Origin: Candidatus Heimdallarchaeota archaeon
GTDB taxonomy: Archaea; Asgardarchaeota; Heimdallarchaeia; Heimdallarchaeales; Heimdallarchaeaceae
Reading direction: 5' to 3'
Length of the DNA stretch: 42,868 nucleotides
NCBI GenBank assembly: GCA_016839945.1
Contig: JAEOTE010000039.1
Location: 1-42,868, forward strand
In this document: in pieces, positions 21,309 through 30,612 of the stretch
Layout: each line of letters opens with the position of its first letter
How positions within the stretch are numbered: position 1 is the stretch's first letter
Notes under the pieces: model-generated
The model's database searches: none
What the model saw: the letters and a program-made list of their open reading frames with translations, nothing else
What the model was told of the DNA's origin: nothing
Translations under genes and position numbers: made by a program

Positions 21309-22142
21309 ATGAGATATTTAGTTAAAGTGTTCTATGATGGTTCTAATTATTTTGGATATCAAAGACAACCAGAGCATCTAACAATTGAGGGAGCAATAAT
21401 AAAGGCATTAGAAAAAACAGGTTATATAGAAAACACAGAACAAAGTAATTTCAGAAGTGCAAGTAGAACTGATAAACTAGTAAATGCTATAGGAAATACT
21501 TTTGCCTTTAACACCGATAAAAAAATCATATTGGAACAATTAAATTCTGAATTTTCAAGAAATCAATCTATTCTAGGTTGGGCTTATTCAGAAGTAGAAG
21601 AAGGTTTCACACCTAAATATAGCAATTGGAAGAAATACTGGTATATCGTGCCATTAGATTTTGTTGTTAATGCTAAGAAACATTCGATTGATAAAATTAA
21701 GGAATTGGGTTCTTGTTTCACAGGAGAGCACGATTTCAGATTATTCTGTAAAACTGATCATAGAAAAACAATTAGAGAAATTCAAGAATTTAACTTAATT
21801 AATTTCAATTCTGTTTTGATTCTTGAATTTAAGGCTCAATCATTCTTATGGGAGCAAGTGAGAAGAATAGTCTCTTATATCCTTAACTATGAAGTTCTTC
21901 CAAAGAAAATGCAAAATATCAAACTTTTACTTTCACCTCCAGAAGATATGAAAAATTTGAATTTAGAATCAGCAAATCCTAGCAATTTAATTCTAGTAGA
22001 ACATAAATATGAAGATTTAAACTGGATCATAAACGAAAAAGTAACTAAAACAATTCAAAGAAAGCTTAGTGATAACATAATGAAATTGAAAGATGTTTTA
22101 TCAGTAAACTCTGCAATAAAGCACTTCTTTCAGATACAATAA
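21309..22142 (+). CDS. truA: tRNA pseudouridine(38-40) synthase
   Basis: YDGSNYFGYQRQP, ASRTD (catalytic Asp), GEHDF, SFLWEQVRRIV. Confidence 0.93.
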   Translation: MRYLVKVFYDGSNYFGYQRQPEHLTIEGAIIKALEKTGYIENTEQSNFRSASRTDKLVNAIGNTFAFNTDKKIILEQLNSEFSRNQSILGWAYSEVEEGFTPKYSNWKKYWYIVPLDFVVNAKKHSIDKIKELGSCFTGEHDFRLFCKTDHRKTIREIQEFNLINFNSVLILEFKAQSFLWEQVRRIVSYILNYEVLPKKMQNIKLLLSPPEDMKNLNLESANPSNLILVEHKYEDLNWIINEKVTKTIQRKLSDNIMKLKDVLSVNSAIKHFFQIQ

Positions 22143-22162
22143 TAATTCTGCTTTTCAAGATC

Positions 22163-23137
22163 CTATTTATTGTTTTGCCCTTCTTCAACTAATTTAGCAA
22201 GTAACGAGCTAAGCTGTATATTACTGGATGCTCCTTCAGAAATCCTAAAGTCCACTTCAGCTAAGAATTCCGTTATTTTTAATTTTTGAGAATCAAGTAA
22301 TTCTAAAGAAGGAATTTCTCTGTATATTTGATGTGTCACATCAGTTCCTGAAAGACCAAATTCTAATATAAGAAGCTGTAAAACTTCCCTCGCTTTGTAG
22401 AAGTCTCCTTCTAGAGCATACTTCAACATTTGTTGTATTCTCTCAGGATCAGCATGACCAATAGTTTGTAGAACTGTCATCTTTTCTATTGATTTGCCTG
22501 AAGCAGCTGTGGATTGAAGAATATTTATGGCTTTTCTTAAATCTCCTTCAGAAATATAAAGAACAGTATCAATTCCTTCATTATCATAGGCTACTTGTTC
22601 TTTATCGCAGATGTTCTTAAGGAAAGATTTCATGCTTTCATTATCTAATGGTTTAAATCTAAAAATAGCACATCTAGATTGGATCGGTTCAATGATTTTA
22701 CTAGAATAATTACATATCAGAGCAAAGCGGCTAGTTGTTACATATCGTTCCATAGTTCTTCTTAGAGCATGTTGAGCAGCTGCTGTTAAACTATCAGCTT
22801 CATCAAGACACACAATTTTAAAAGGAACACCACCATAGGAAACGGTTCTTGCGAATTCTTTTACTTTGGTTCGCACTGCATCTATTCCTCTATCGTCTGA
22901 TGCATTTAACTCCAGAAGATTGCGTGTGACATTGCTTTGACCAAACAAATCATATGCTAATGCAAGAAGTGCTGTTGTTTTACCAGTTCCTGGTGGTCCA
23001 GCAAATAAAAGGTGTGGAAGATTTTTCCTTTCTATAAAACCTTTAAGTCTTAATTTTATGTCTTTATGTCCCTTAAGTTCTTTTAGAGTTTTTGGTCTAT
23101 ATTTTTCAGTCCACATGATATCAAACTTATCGCTCAT
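22163..23137 (-). CDS. rfcS: Replication factor C small subunit (no intein)
   Basis: WTEKYRP, GPPGTGKT, ELNASDDRG, LDEAD, ALRRTME, IEPIQSRC. Confidence 0.97.
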   Translation of the reverse strand: MSDKFDIMWTEKYRPKTLKELKGHKDIKLRLKGFIERKNLPHLLFAGPPGTGKTTALLALAYDLFGQSNVTRNLLELNASDDRGIDAVRTKVKEFARTVSYGGVPFKIVCLDEADSLTAAAQHALRRTMERYVTTSRFALICNYSSKIIEPIQSRCAIFRFKPLDNESMKSFLKNICDKEQVAYDNEGIDTVLYISEGDLRKAINILQSTAASGKSIEKMTVLQTIGHADPERIQQMLKYALEGDFYKAREVLQLLILEFGLSGTDVTHQIYREIPSLELLDSQKLKITEFLAEVDFRISEGASSNIQLSSLLAKLVEEGQNNK

Positions 23138-23286
23138 TTTCTCACATCACCAAGTATGTGTTTTTTCTATTTAAAGATATTACTTTTTACTACTTTAATA
23201 AAAAATCTAATTCGTCTTTGTTTTTCTAAAAAAAGTGGTGTTGAAATACTAATGAGTTGTATAACATATGAATAAGCTGATTGAAG

Positions 23287-24675
23287 ATGGAAATCTGCAG
23301 TAATGTAGTAGAAGAAAGAAAATTGGATGAACATGTGGTTAGTGAATACGAGATAAGAGGTTATAGAATTTGCATATTTATTGAGAATGGAACCTTATAT
23401 TATTCAGCGAAACCCAAGTATGATTTCAATCAAGATCCCTTACTTTTTACAGAATTATCTGCTTTAGTTTACAAAAACAAAGAAAGGTTAGGAAAAGATA
23501 TTCTAAAATTCGATGAATTAGTAGATACACTAAAATCAATTTGTATGTGGAAAATTCTGGAAATTGAAAATTTACCAGTAAATCCAGATATCTTTGCAGA
23601 GCTTTTTATCTATAAATTAATCAATTTTGATAGAGTAATTTGTTTCTTTTTAGATGATAATCTAAACGAAATATATATGGATCAAAAAGATACACCAATC
23701 TATATCGATCATCAATCTTTTGGAAGATGTAATACTAGTATTGTTCTAGAAGACGAAGAAATAAAAAGCCTTCTAACAAGATTGAAATTAGAACATCCAA
23801 TATCAGTAACAACAAAAAGACCTTCTCTCAAAATTGAGTTCAAAACAAAATTCTTTCATTTGAGAATTTCTATGGATTTTCCACCACTATCTCCAAATGG
23901 CCCAACATTTAACATTAGAAAACTTAAAACAAACCATTTAACCTTATTAGATTTAGTAGAACTAGAAACTTTAACAACTCTGTTGGCATCTTATTTTGTT
24001 GAAGCTGTTGAAAAGAGAAGAAACATAACAGTTATTGGAGAACCAAGTGCAGGAAAAACAACGTTAGCAAATGCCATAGATCTATATACGCCAAAACATT
24101 GGAGAAAAATAGCTATTGAGGATGCAATTGAATCAATAAATCAGTCTTCAATGGGATATAAACAACTATCAATTCAAGTGGATTCTTTTGAATCTAGTAA
24201 ATCAACTTACACAAAAACTTCAGAGATATTGAAATTATTACATAGATCTCCTGATTGGATTTACTTAGGAGAAATTCAATCACGGGAACATACTCAAGCT
24301 ATGTTTGAAGCTTTAAATGCAGGTTTAAAGGGGATACAAACAGCTCATGCTGATACTATTGAGAAAATTCTTAGAAGATGGGAGAATCTTCATAACATTG
24401 ATTTCTCAGATTTCTTGTCTCTTGATGTAATAATCATCATTCAAAGAGAGATAACTAAAAATTCATTCATACGAAAAATTTCGGAAGTTTATGAAGTAGA
24501 TAAACTAAAACAAAGTAACGAGAAATACGGGTTTTTAACAAAGATTTATGATAATCAAATGAATGAACAACGACTTATTGAAACTTTGAAAAACAAATCA
24601 TTTCTACGGGATTCAATAGATTCTATTCTGCAACGTCAAGATATTTTCAAGAGAGAATTAGAAATAATGGAGTGA
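23287..24675 (+). CDS. Type II/IV secretion / Tad-pilus assembly ATPase (VirB11/TadA/ArlI family)
   Basis: FNIRK, Walker A GEPSAGKT, Asp box IEDAIE, Walker B SPDWIYLGEI, His box QTAHA. Confidence 0.88.
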   Translation: MEICSNVVEERKLDEHVVSEYEIRGYRICIFIENGTLYYSAKPKYDFNQDPLLFTELSALVYKNKERLGKDILKFDELVDTLKSICMWKILEIENLPVNPDIFAELFIYKLINFDRVICFFLDDNLNEIYMDQKDTPIYIDHQSFGRCNTSIVLEDEEIKSLLTRLKLEHPISVTTKRPSLKIEFKTKFFHLRISMDFPPLSPNGPTFNIRKLKTNHLTLLDLVELETLTTLLASYFVEAVEKRRNITVIGEPSAGKTTLANAIDLYTPKHWRKIAIEDAIESINQSSMGYKQLSIQVDSFESSKSTYTKTSEILKLLHRSPDWIYLGEIQSREHTQAMFEALNAGLKGIQTAHADTIEKILRRWENLHNIDFSDFLSLDVIIIIQREITKNSFIRKISEVYEVDKLKQSNEKYGFLTKIYDNQMNEQRLIETLKNKSFLRDSIDSILQRQDIFKRELEIME

Positions 24676-24742
24676 TTTAAGCTGAATTGGTGCAATTATA
24701 GTTATTTTTTAAGTTTAATAAGAATGTCTAGAAAACAGTTGG

Positions 24743-25567
24743 GTGGTGCTTAAATTGGCAACAAAGAATTATGGTAATAAAGACTCAAGAATACTTAATT
24801 TAAGCTTATTTCCAAAGGAAATCTTATACAAGATTGTCTTGGGTAAAGTAAAGAAGTATTCCGAATACTTCATAGTTGACAAAGATCTACTAAAAATAAG
24901 ACTTATTGGGAATGCAACAATAGTAGGCTTTGGTATATTATTCTGCATTTTTTATCTATTAACAAAGCAAAGTATTGTATTATCTGTCGTAATTAGCCTT
25001 ATTACTTGTATTGCTTTTTTCTTTGTTTCCGGTGAGTATGTACGTTCCAGCATTCTTGCTAGACAGAAGAAATTTGATGAAGCAGCGTTCCTTGTGCTTA
25101 ATTCTCTTTCAATTAATATGATCGCAACTGGTTCCTTTCCTAAGTCAATTGAACTGCTAAATACAGTTGGATCTCACTCCCATTATTATAAGAGATATTT
25201 TGAAAAGATTATCTATGAATTAAATACAGGTGACAATGAAGACAAAGTAATTCATAACTCTAGTAAGATTTTTCTTAATAAAAAACACCAATATTCTTTT
25301 CATAATATAAGAAATGAAGAAATGTTTATAGATTCAGATCCAGATTTTCTATTAAGAGTAAAGCGAGAAATAAAACTTATTGAGGACAATGTCGTGATTT
25401 TCATTGCAGTCTCATGTTTATTTCCATTAGTCCTTAGTCTTGTACTTGCATTAATTCTACCACAAAATTCCATTTCATTGATTATTTTTCCATTAATGTA
25501 CGCATTGTTTGGTACATTCACACTTAGATTTATACAAAATAAAAGTATAGGTGATTTTACTGAATAA
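24743..25567 (+). CDS. Membrane protein, probable TadB/TadC (T2SS-F-like) platform
   Basis: Two TM pairs flank a soluble helical region (LSINMIATGSFPKSIELL); directly after the pilus ATPase. Confidence 0.6.
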   Translation: MVLKLATKNYGNKDSRILNLSLFPKEILYKIVLGKVKKYSEYFIVDKDLLKIRLIGNATIVGFGILFCIFYLLTKQSIVLSVVISLITCIAFFFVSGEYVRSSILARQKKFDEAAFLVLNSLSINMIATGSFPKSIELLNTVGSHSHYYKRYFEKIIYELNTGDNEDKVIHNSSKIFLNKKHQYSFHNIRNEEMFIDSDPDFLLRVKREIKLIEDNVVIFIAVSCLFPLVLSLVLALILPQNSISLIIFPLMYALFGTFTLRFIQNKSIGDFTE

Positions 25568-26189
25568 ATTGAATTGCCCTGATTACAGATTTTTGCAGGA
25601 AATGGCAATGAGATTAGAAGATGGAGAGAATCTTGAAAGATCACTTTTTTCAATTGATTCTGTTCCTGAGGAAAATCTAGTAAAACTACAACTTGGTGGG
25701 GATTTTATTGATGTTATTTCAAATATTGAATTTGATTATCCTACACTTATTAATCTGTTCTTATCCATAAAAAATTCAAATACTACAGAAGTTTTGGAGA
25801 AAATTAAAATAACTGCAGATTTAATCAAAATGAGAGAAGAGGCACTAAAAGAGAAGGAAAACACTCTAAATGTGCATGGAAGGAGGTTGAAAATTATACG
25901 ATATGTAACTTTAATAACTATAGCAATTATAGCAGGATTTTCACCACTTTTTTCAAATTTGTTCTCTTTCTTTAATACTGGAGAAATATCACGTTCTTTG
26001 CCCTTTTGGTCTATTCTTTCGATTTCTTTTTTAATTATCAATATTTTAAATAATTATTTTCTTCTAAAAATGTCAAAGGAGAAAAAAATGTTAGTAAGGT
26101 TAATTTTTGTAGTATTTATTCATATAATAACAGTGGTATTTGTTAGAATGTTTATATCGAATTTTACTATTCTTGACTATTATAGTTAG
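25551..26189 (+). CDS. Membrane protein, probable second TadB/TadC-like platform subunit
   Basis: FLQEMAMRLEDGENLERSL (T2SS-F L...L..G..L..AL pattern) followed by 3 TM segments; overlaps the previous gene. Confidence 0.62.
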   Translation: MILLNKLNCPDYRFLQEMAMRLEDGENLERSLFSIDSVPEENLVKLQLGGDFIDVISNIEFDYPTLINLFLSIKNSNTTEVLEKIKITADLIKMREEALKEKENTLNVHGRRLKIIRYVTLITIAIIAGFSPLFSNLFSFFNTGEISRSLPFWSILSISFLIINILNNYFLLKMSKEKKMLVRLIFVVFIHIITVVFVRMFISNFTILDYYS

Positions 26190-26217
26190 TAAAAATGATA
26201 TCTAGCAAGTTCTAGTA

Positions 26218-27258
26218 TTAATCAAAACTTGAGGATAGTCTTTTACTAATTTCAGAAATTATATCATCATAATCAAATGAGAACATAAATTCTGCATGAT
26301 CACGAATTGTGAATTCAGCAACATTAGTAGATTGAGCCACTAACTTCTGTGTTAGAGCTGATGAGCTGTTTATCTTTTTAGCTAATAGCTTATCAGCTAC
26401 ATAAGCTGAAGCTGCAGAGAAGGGGTAAGGTCTTTTTCCTCCTCGATTAATATTAGGAATCCTTTCCAATATTTTAAGACACAGCAATTGGAGGATTTTT
26501 TCATAAACAAACACATCAATGTTATATTTCTTCTCTATACGCTCTTTTATAGGAGGAGAACGACATATTAGAGAACAAATTCTAAAAACATAATCTTCGC
26601 TTCTTCGGATTCCAACAGTGGGAGATTTAATGTTTAAGTCTTGCATTAAGCTAAGTAAATTCTTCCCCAAAACCCGATGACCTAGTGACCTATAAGTTGT
26701 AACAATTTCTTTCAGTGTAAGAGGACAATTATGAGCTGATTCGCGCACACTAAGAAGGAGAGCCATTGCTGATAGAAGTACATGATTAGTTATTTTCTTT
26801 TTATGTTCGTTTTTATATTTCTGATAAAGAAAGAGAGTTCTATCTCGTATTTTTGAAGGAACTTGAAGACGTGCAAAAACCTCATTTAAGATTTTAAGAG
26901 TTCGATAATCTGTCTCTTTTCCTTTAATTGCTCCAGGTATATGATAATAATTCTTGAATTTTCTGAATTTTAGCTGTACATTTTCATTTAAAAGAGAACC
27001 ATTGACATCTCTAAACATGTATTCTTCAACTGACCCGATAGATGATCCTAAAGAACTTACAACAGCCAATCTATTATTTATTGAAGTATATTGCTGATTT
27101 TTTCGAGTATTATCTTTTGGTGTAGATCCTAATTGAAAAGCTGATGCTTCAAGCACTACACCGTGGACAAGGCCACATTTTTGACATACATTTATACCAT
27201 TTTCTTCTATTATCTTTGAACCACATTCATCACACAAGAAACTTTCCATTTTACTCAA
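26218..27258 (-). CDS. tfb: Divergent transcription factor IIB (TFB) paralog
   Basis: Zn ribbon CDECG..VCQKCGLV, two cyclin repeats (LTLKEI; GKRPYPFSAASAY; LTQKLVAQSTNVAEFTIR). Start TTG 27258 or ATG 27249. Confidence 0.82.
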   Translation of the reverse strand: MSKMESFLCDECGSKIIEENGINVCQKCGLVHGVVLEASAFQLGSTPKDNTRKNQQYTSINNRLAVVSSLGSSIGSVEEYMFRDVNGSLLNENVQLKFRKFKNYYHIPGAIKGKETDYRTLKILNEVFARLQVPSKIRDRTLFLYQKYKNEHKKKITNHVLLSAMALLLSVRESAHNCPLTLKEIVTTYRSLGHRVLGKNLLSLMQDLNIKSPTVGIRRSEDYVFRICSLICRSPPIKERIEKKYNIDVFVYEKILQLLCLKILERIPNINRGGKRPYPFSAASAYVADKLLAKKINSSSALTQKLVAQSTNVAEFTIRDHAEFMFSFDYDDIISEISKRLSSSFD

Positions 27259-27548
27259 AAAAACAGCTTTAATATAACTATTGAGAATTTTTAAGATTCA
27301 AACGAAGGTTAATTATCTACTATGTATAATCTAGAATACTCCCCATCTACTATATTGAACACAAAAGGAAAGAAGAGACAGTAGAATGAAAGTATTCATA
27401 AATTCGCTTAAACAATAGAATTTCTTTATTTCTTATGCTTATGCAATCTTTATTCAGAATTTAAGAATAAATTATATCAGTCAAAATAATACCGAAAAAT
27501 AAAATGTATTTAGAAAATTGTGCTGTTTTTAAAAGATTTTTTAGATAA

Positions 27549-30422
27549 ATGTATGATATGAAGCTGAAGCAAATATTCTATTTTACGCTGTTTATTAGTG
27601 TGTTATTAGTGGTAAACATTTCTGTATATAATCAACTTGATAACTTAAATCACCCCTATAATGACAATTACTACTATAATCTAAACTCTAAAAATCAAGA
27701 AATTGGCTCATCAACAGAAGTAATAGGAAAGCCTGAAAGTTTTAAGAATAGACTACTAACATGGGAGGAAAATGAACAAAATCTAAATGAGACATTGAGT
27801 GATTTTGACCCAAATTTCAATGTTACTGGAGAATACATAGGTGACGAGGTAGAGGGTGGAATTGATGAAGGATTAAATATTACTGTTCCAAATCAAGGTC
27901 TTTATAACATTAATGGAAACATTTCACAACTTGAATCTCAGTATATACAAAATTCAGGAGCTGAATTGGACCAAGATTTTTATTCAAACAATGCTGTTCA
28001 AGCTGGACTTAGTCTTGAAAGAATTAAAGATAATAGAAGCATTGAGGGGGAATATGTATGGAAGTTTTATTCTAATAACACAGAAACTATGACTTATTCT
28101 CTATATCAAGAGAATATAGACTTATACAGAAATGATACAACTATAACTTATGATTATTTACTTGAATCAAACTCTAGCATTCAAAATGTATTGAATTCAT
28201 CCTTTATTGTTGATTTTGTTTTCGATACTTGTAGAATAATGATAATTCATTGGCATTATACTAATATTGATCCTCCATTAATAGGTGAGAATACAACAAT
28301 ACCATTTATTGTCTTTCGTTTATTACGAAACAGTAGTTGGGATGATCAATGGAATTCTAATTCTCTTTCATTATCCGAATTATTCAATCCAGATGACCCT
28401 TATATTCCGAACACACTAAAATCAGTAGGGTTTTACGTAGTATCACCAGAAGTTTCAGAATGCTCTTTTTTGATTGACAATTTGAAAATAAGAACTTCAT
28501 TACTAACAACAGATGTTAATTTAACAATTAATGACTTTCAAGTTAATTCAACAGGATTGGGGGAAGGAAGTATATCAATCCTAACAGCTATAACCGAAGA
28601 ACAGGTTCAAACAGGATATGAAGTAACATGGAATTTTAATTCTAGTTTTACAATAGATGCACATTACAACCTTTTCATTTCTGGAATAGCGAATATTTCC
28701 TTTGAGAAGAGTATTACAATATTTGAAGAAGATATTATTTTTAATGTATCAATTAGTAGTTTAAACTCGCAAATAAGCAAGGTGAACATATCTCATCCAG
28801 ATTTTTGGAGTTTGTTAGAAGAAATTCAAGGATGGAGTGTAATTTCAAATATCAGTATTGAGGAGGGGTATAATTTACTATCTTTGCTAAAAATAGGACA
28901 AGATAGCTATATCTATTGTAAATTTAAAATCCCAAATTTGATTGAAGATGTTTATTATGAATCTTTGAATGTTTTTGAGTCTGTTAATGCAACATTTGTC
29001 CTAAGATCGTCAATGCCGGACATTTTTGTTAATGCTTTTTGGTTTGCTGAGGATTGTGGAAGTGCGGAATTTGAGTTATTAAATAATAACTTGAGTTTTG
29101 TTTTTCCCCCTTGGATAAACAATGGTAGTGTAAACTTAGTCTTTATTATAACAAAAAACAACAATATAGGATATTCTAATGTAGAAGTTTTAATTTCAAG
29201 ATTACCTTCAGAATTAAATGTTATTGATCTACTTTCTATACCATTATACTCATTCAAGAAGATTAATCTAGAGTACAAAAGCCTAATTCCTGAATTCGAT
29301 ATACAAGAAGCCGGAATTTACGCATTATTAGATGATGAATCAATTCTTGTTAATGAGGAAGGAGATAATTTTCAACTTTGTATCTCTGCTTTCTATTTAG
29401 AAGAAGGGGATTACACGATTCAAGTTTATGCAAATTCAACATCGCATGCATCTCTGTTTAAGGAAATAACTCTTAACATATACGCTAGCTCCATTATAAT
29501 TGATTTTAACTATCAAAAACTAGAAAACTATCAGCAGTATCAGCTTAATTTTAACATTTCATCTGACGCTTATCCGATAAGCTATGCACCACTTATAGTT
29601 GAATTAAATAACAAAACAATTTCAGGTGTAACCAACAGCGAAGGTGCTTTTTCATGTGAAGTGACATTGCCTATTGATACATTTTCAACAACCGTTATAT
29701 GTTCTCTAACGAAAACGTACAACATTATAGTATCAAAATCATTTGAGATAATATTTTCAAGCTTATATACAGAGATATTCAGAAGTGATGAGGACGTAAT
29801 AATCTCTAGTAATATTACAATCACATATTCTTTGCATTATTCAACTTCTTATGACAAATGGTTTTCAACCATAGAAGAGGAGATGCTACCCATTATTGAT
29901 GCATATATAGAAGCTGAAAGTTTACGAATACCCGTTAGTTGGAATTCTGATTATATTTATTGGCAAATACAAGCAAATAACGAAACGAATAACCATAAAC
30001 TAGTTATTGTAACCACAGGACCAGAATATCAGGCTTTATTAGAAAAAAATGATAACACAATTAACGTTCATTTCACAATCAGTTCAACTGAAAAAGAGCA
30101 TTCTAGCCTCTCTCTAATATATTATTTCAACATAAGCATAACAAGTGCAAAATATCAATGGTTGTTGTTTACAAGTGGGAGTAATGATGTGACAGATGTT
30201 TACGACATGGAAATAAATGATCTTTATATTTACATTGGAAGTATAAACATCACAAAAGGAAGTTACTTGATTCTAGAGTTAATAGGCACAAAAACATCAA
30301 ACTCTAATCAAATAACAAACATTGTTGTTCCTCTTGTTTCAAGTTCTGGCATTTTATTGGGGGTTGTTACAGCCATAATGAGAGTATACAACAAGAAAAA
30401 AGGTTTAATTCTAGAGATATAG
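27549..30422 (+). CDS. Large membrane-anchored cell-surface glycoprotein (beta-rich, probably Ig-like domains)
   Basis: N-terminal signal/TM, C-terminal TM followed by KKKG, acidic and Asn/Ser/Ile-rich, about 30 N-x-S/T sequons by eye. Confidence 0.75.
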   Translation: MYDMKLKQIFYFTLFISVLLVVNISVYNQLDNLNHPYNDNYYYNLNSKNQEIGSSTEVIGKPESFKNRLLTWEENEQNLNETLSDFDPNFNVTGEYIGDEVEGGIDEGLNITVPNQGLYNINGNISQLESQYIQNSGAELDQDFYSNNAVQAGLSLERIKDNRSIEGEYVWKFYSNNTETMTYSLYQENIDLYRNDTTITYDYLLESNSSIQNVLNSSFIVDFVFDTCRIMIIHWHYTNIDPPLIGENTTIPFIVFRLLRNSSWDDQWNSNSLSLSELFNPDDPYIPNTLKSVGFYVVSPEVSECSFLIDNLKIRTSLLTTDVNLTINDFQVNSTGLGEGSISILTAITEEQVQTGYEVTWNFNSSFTIDAHYNLFISGIANISFEKSITIFEEDIIFNVSISSLNSQISKVNISHPDFWSLLEEIQGWSVISNISIEEGYNLLSLLKIGQDSYIYCKFKIPNLIEDVYYESLNVFESVNATFVLRSSMPDIFVNAFWFAEDCGSAEFELLNNNLSFVFPPWINNGSVNLVFIITKNNNIGYSNVEVLISRLPSELNVIDLLSIPLYSFKKINLEYKSLIPEFDIQEAGIYALLDDESILVNEEGDNFQLCISAFYLEEGDYTIQVYANSTSHASLFKEITLNIYASSIIIDFNYQKLENYQQYQLNFNISSDAYPISYAPLIVELNNKTISGVTNSEGAFSCEVTLPIDTFSTTVICSLTKTYNIIVSKSFEIIFSSLYTEIFRSDEDVIISSNITITYSLHYSTSYDKWFSTIEEEMLPIIDAYIEAESLRIPVSWNSDYIYWQIQANNETNNHKLVIVTTGPEYQALLEKNDNTINVHFTISSTEKEHSSLSLIYYFNISITSAKYQWLLFTSGSNDVTDVYDMEINDLYIYIGSINITKGSYLILELIGTKTSNSNQITNIVVPLVSSSGILLGVVTAIMRVYNKKKGLILEI

Positions 30423-30423
30423 A

Positions 30424-30534
30424 TTAATCTTCTTCTTCTTCCTTTCCTATGCTGAAAGCATGATAAAAGAGTGCGAATATTATAGCTAGAATTACTAGAA
30501 TAATTGAAATTGTAAATATAACTGTGTAATCCAT
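30424..30534 (-). CDS. 36-aa single-TM peptide, OST4-like
   Basis: MDYTVIFTISIILVILAIIFALFYHAFSIGKEEEED from ATG 30534. The TM ends in YHA as in Ost4; a TATA-like AT tract lies upstream. Confidence 0.55.
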   Translation of the reverse strand: MDYTVIFTISIILVILAIIFALFYHAFSIGKEEEED

Positions 30535-30612
30535 AGCAATCAGTTGAGGAATTTTATATTTATTAATAAGCTTTTCGACTAATTGGTAAATTGAAGAGAA
30601 AAGTAACATAAA

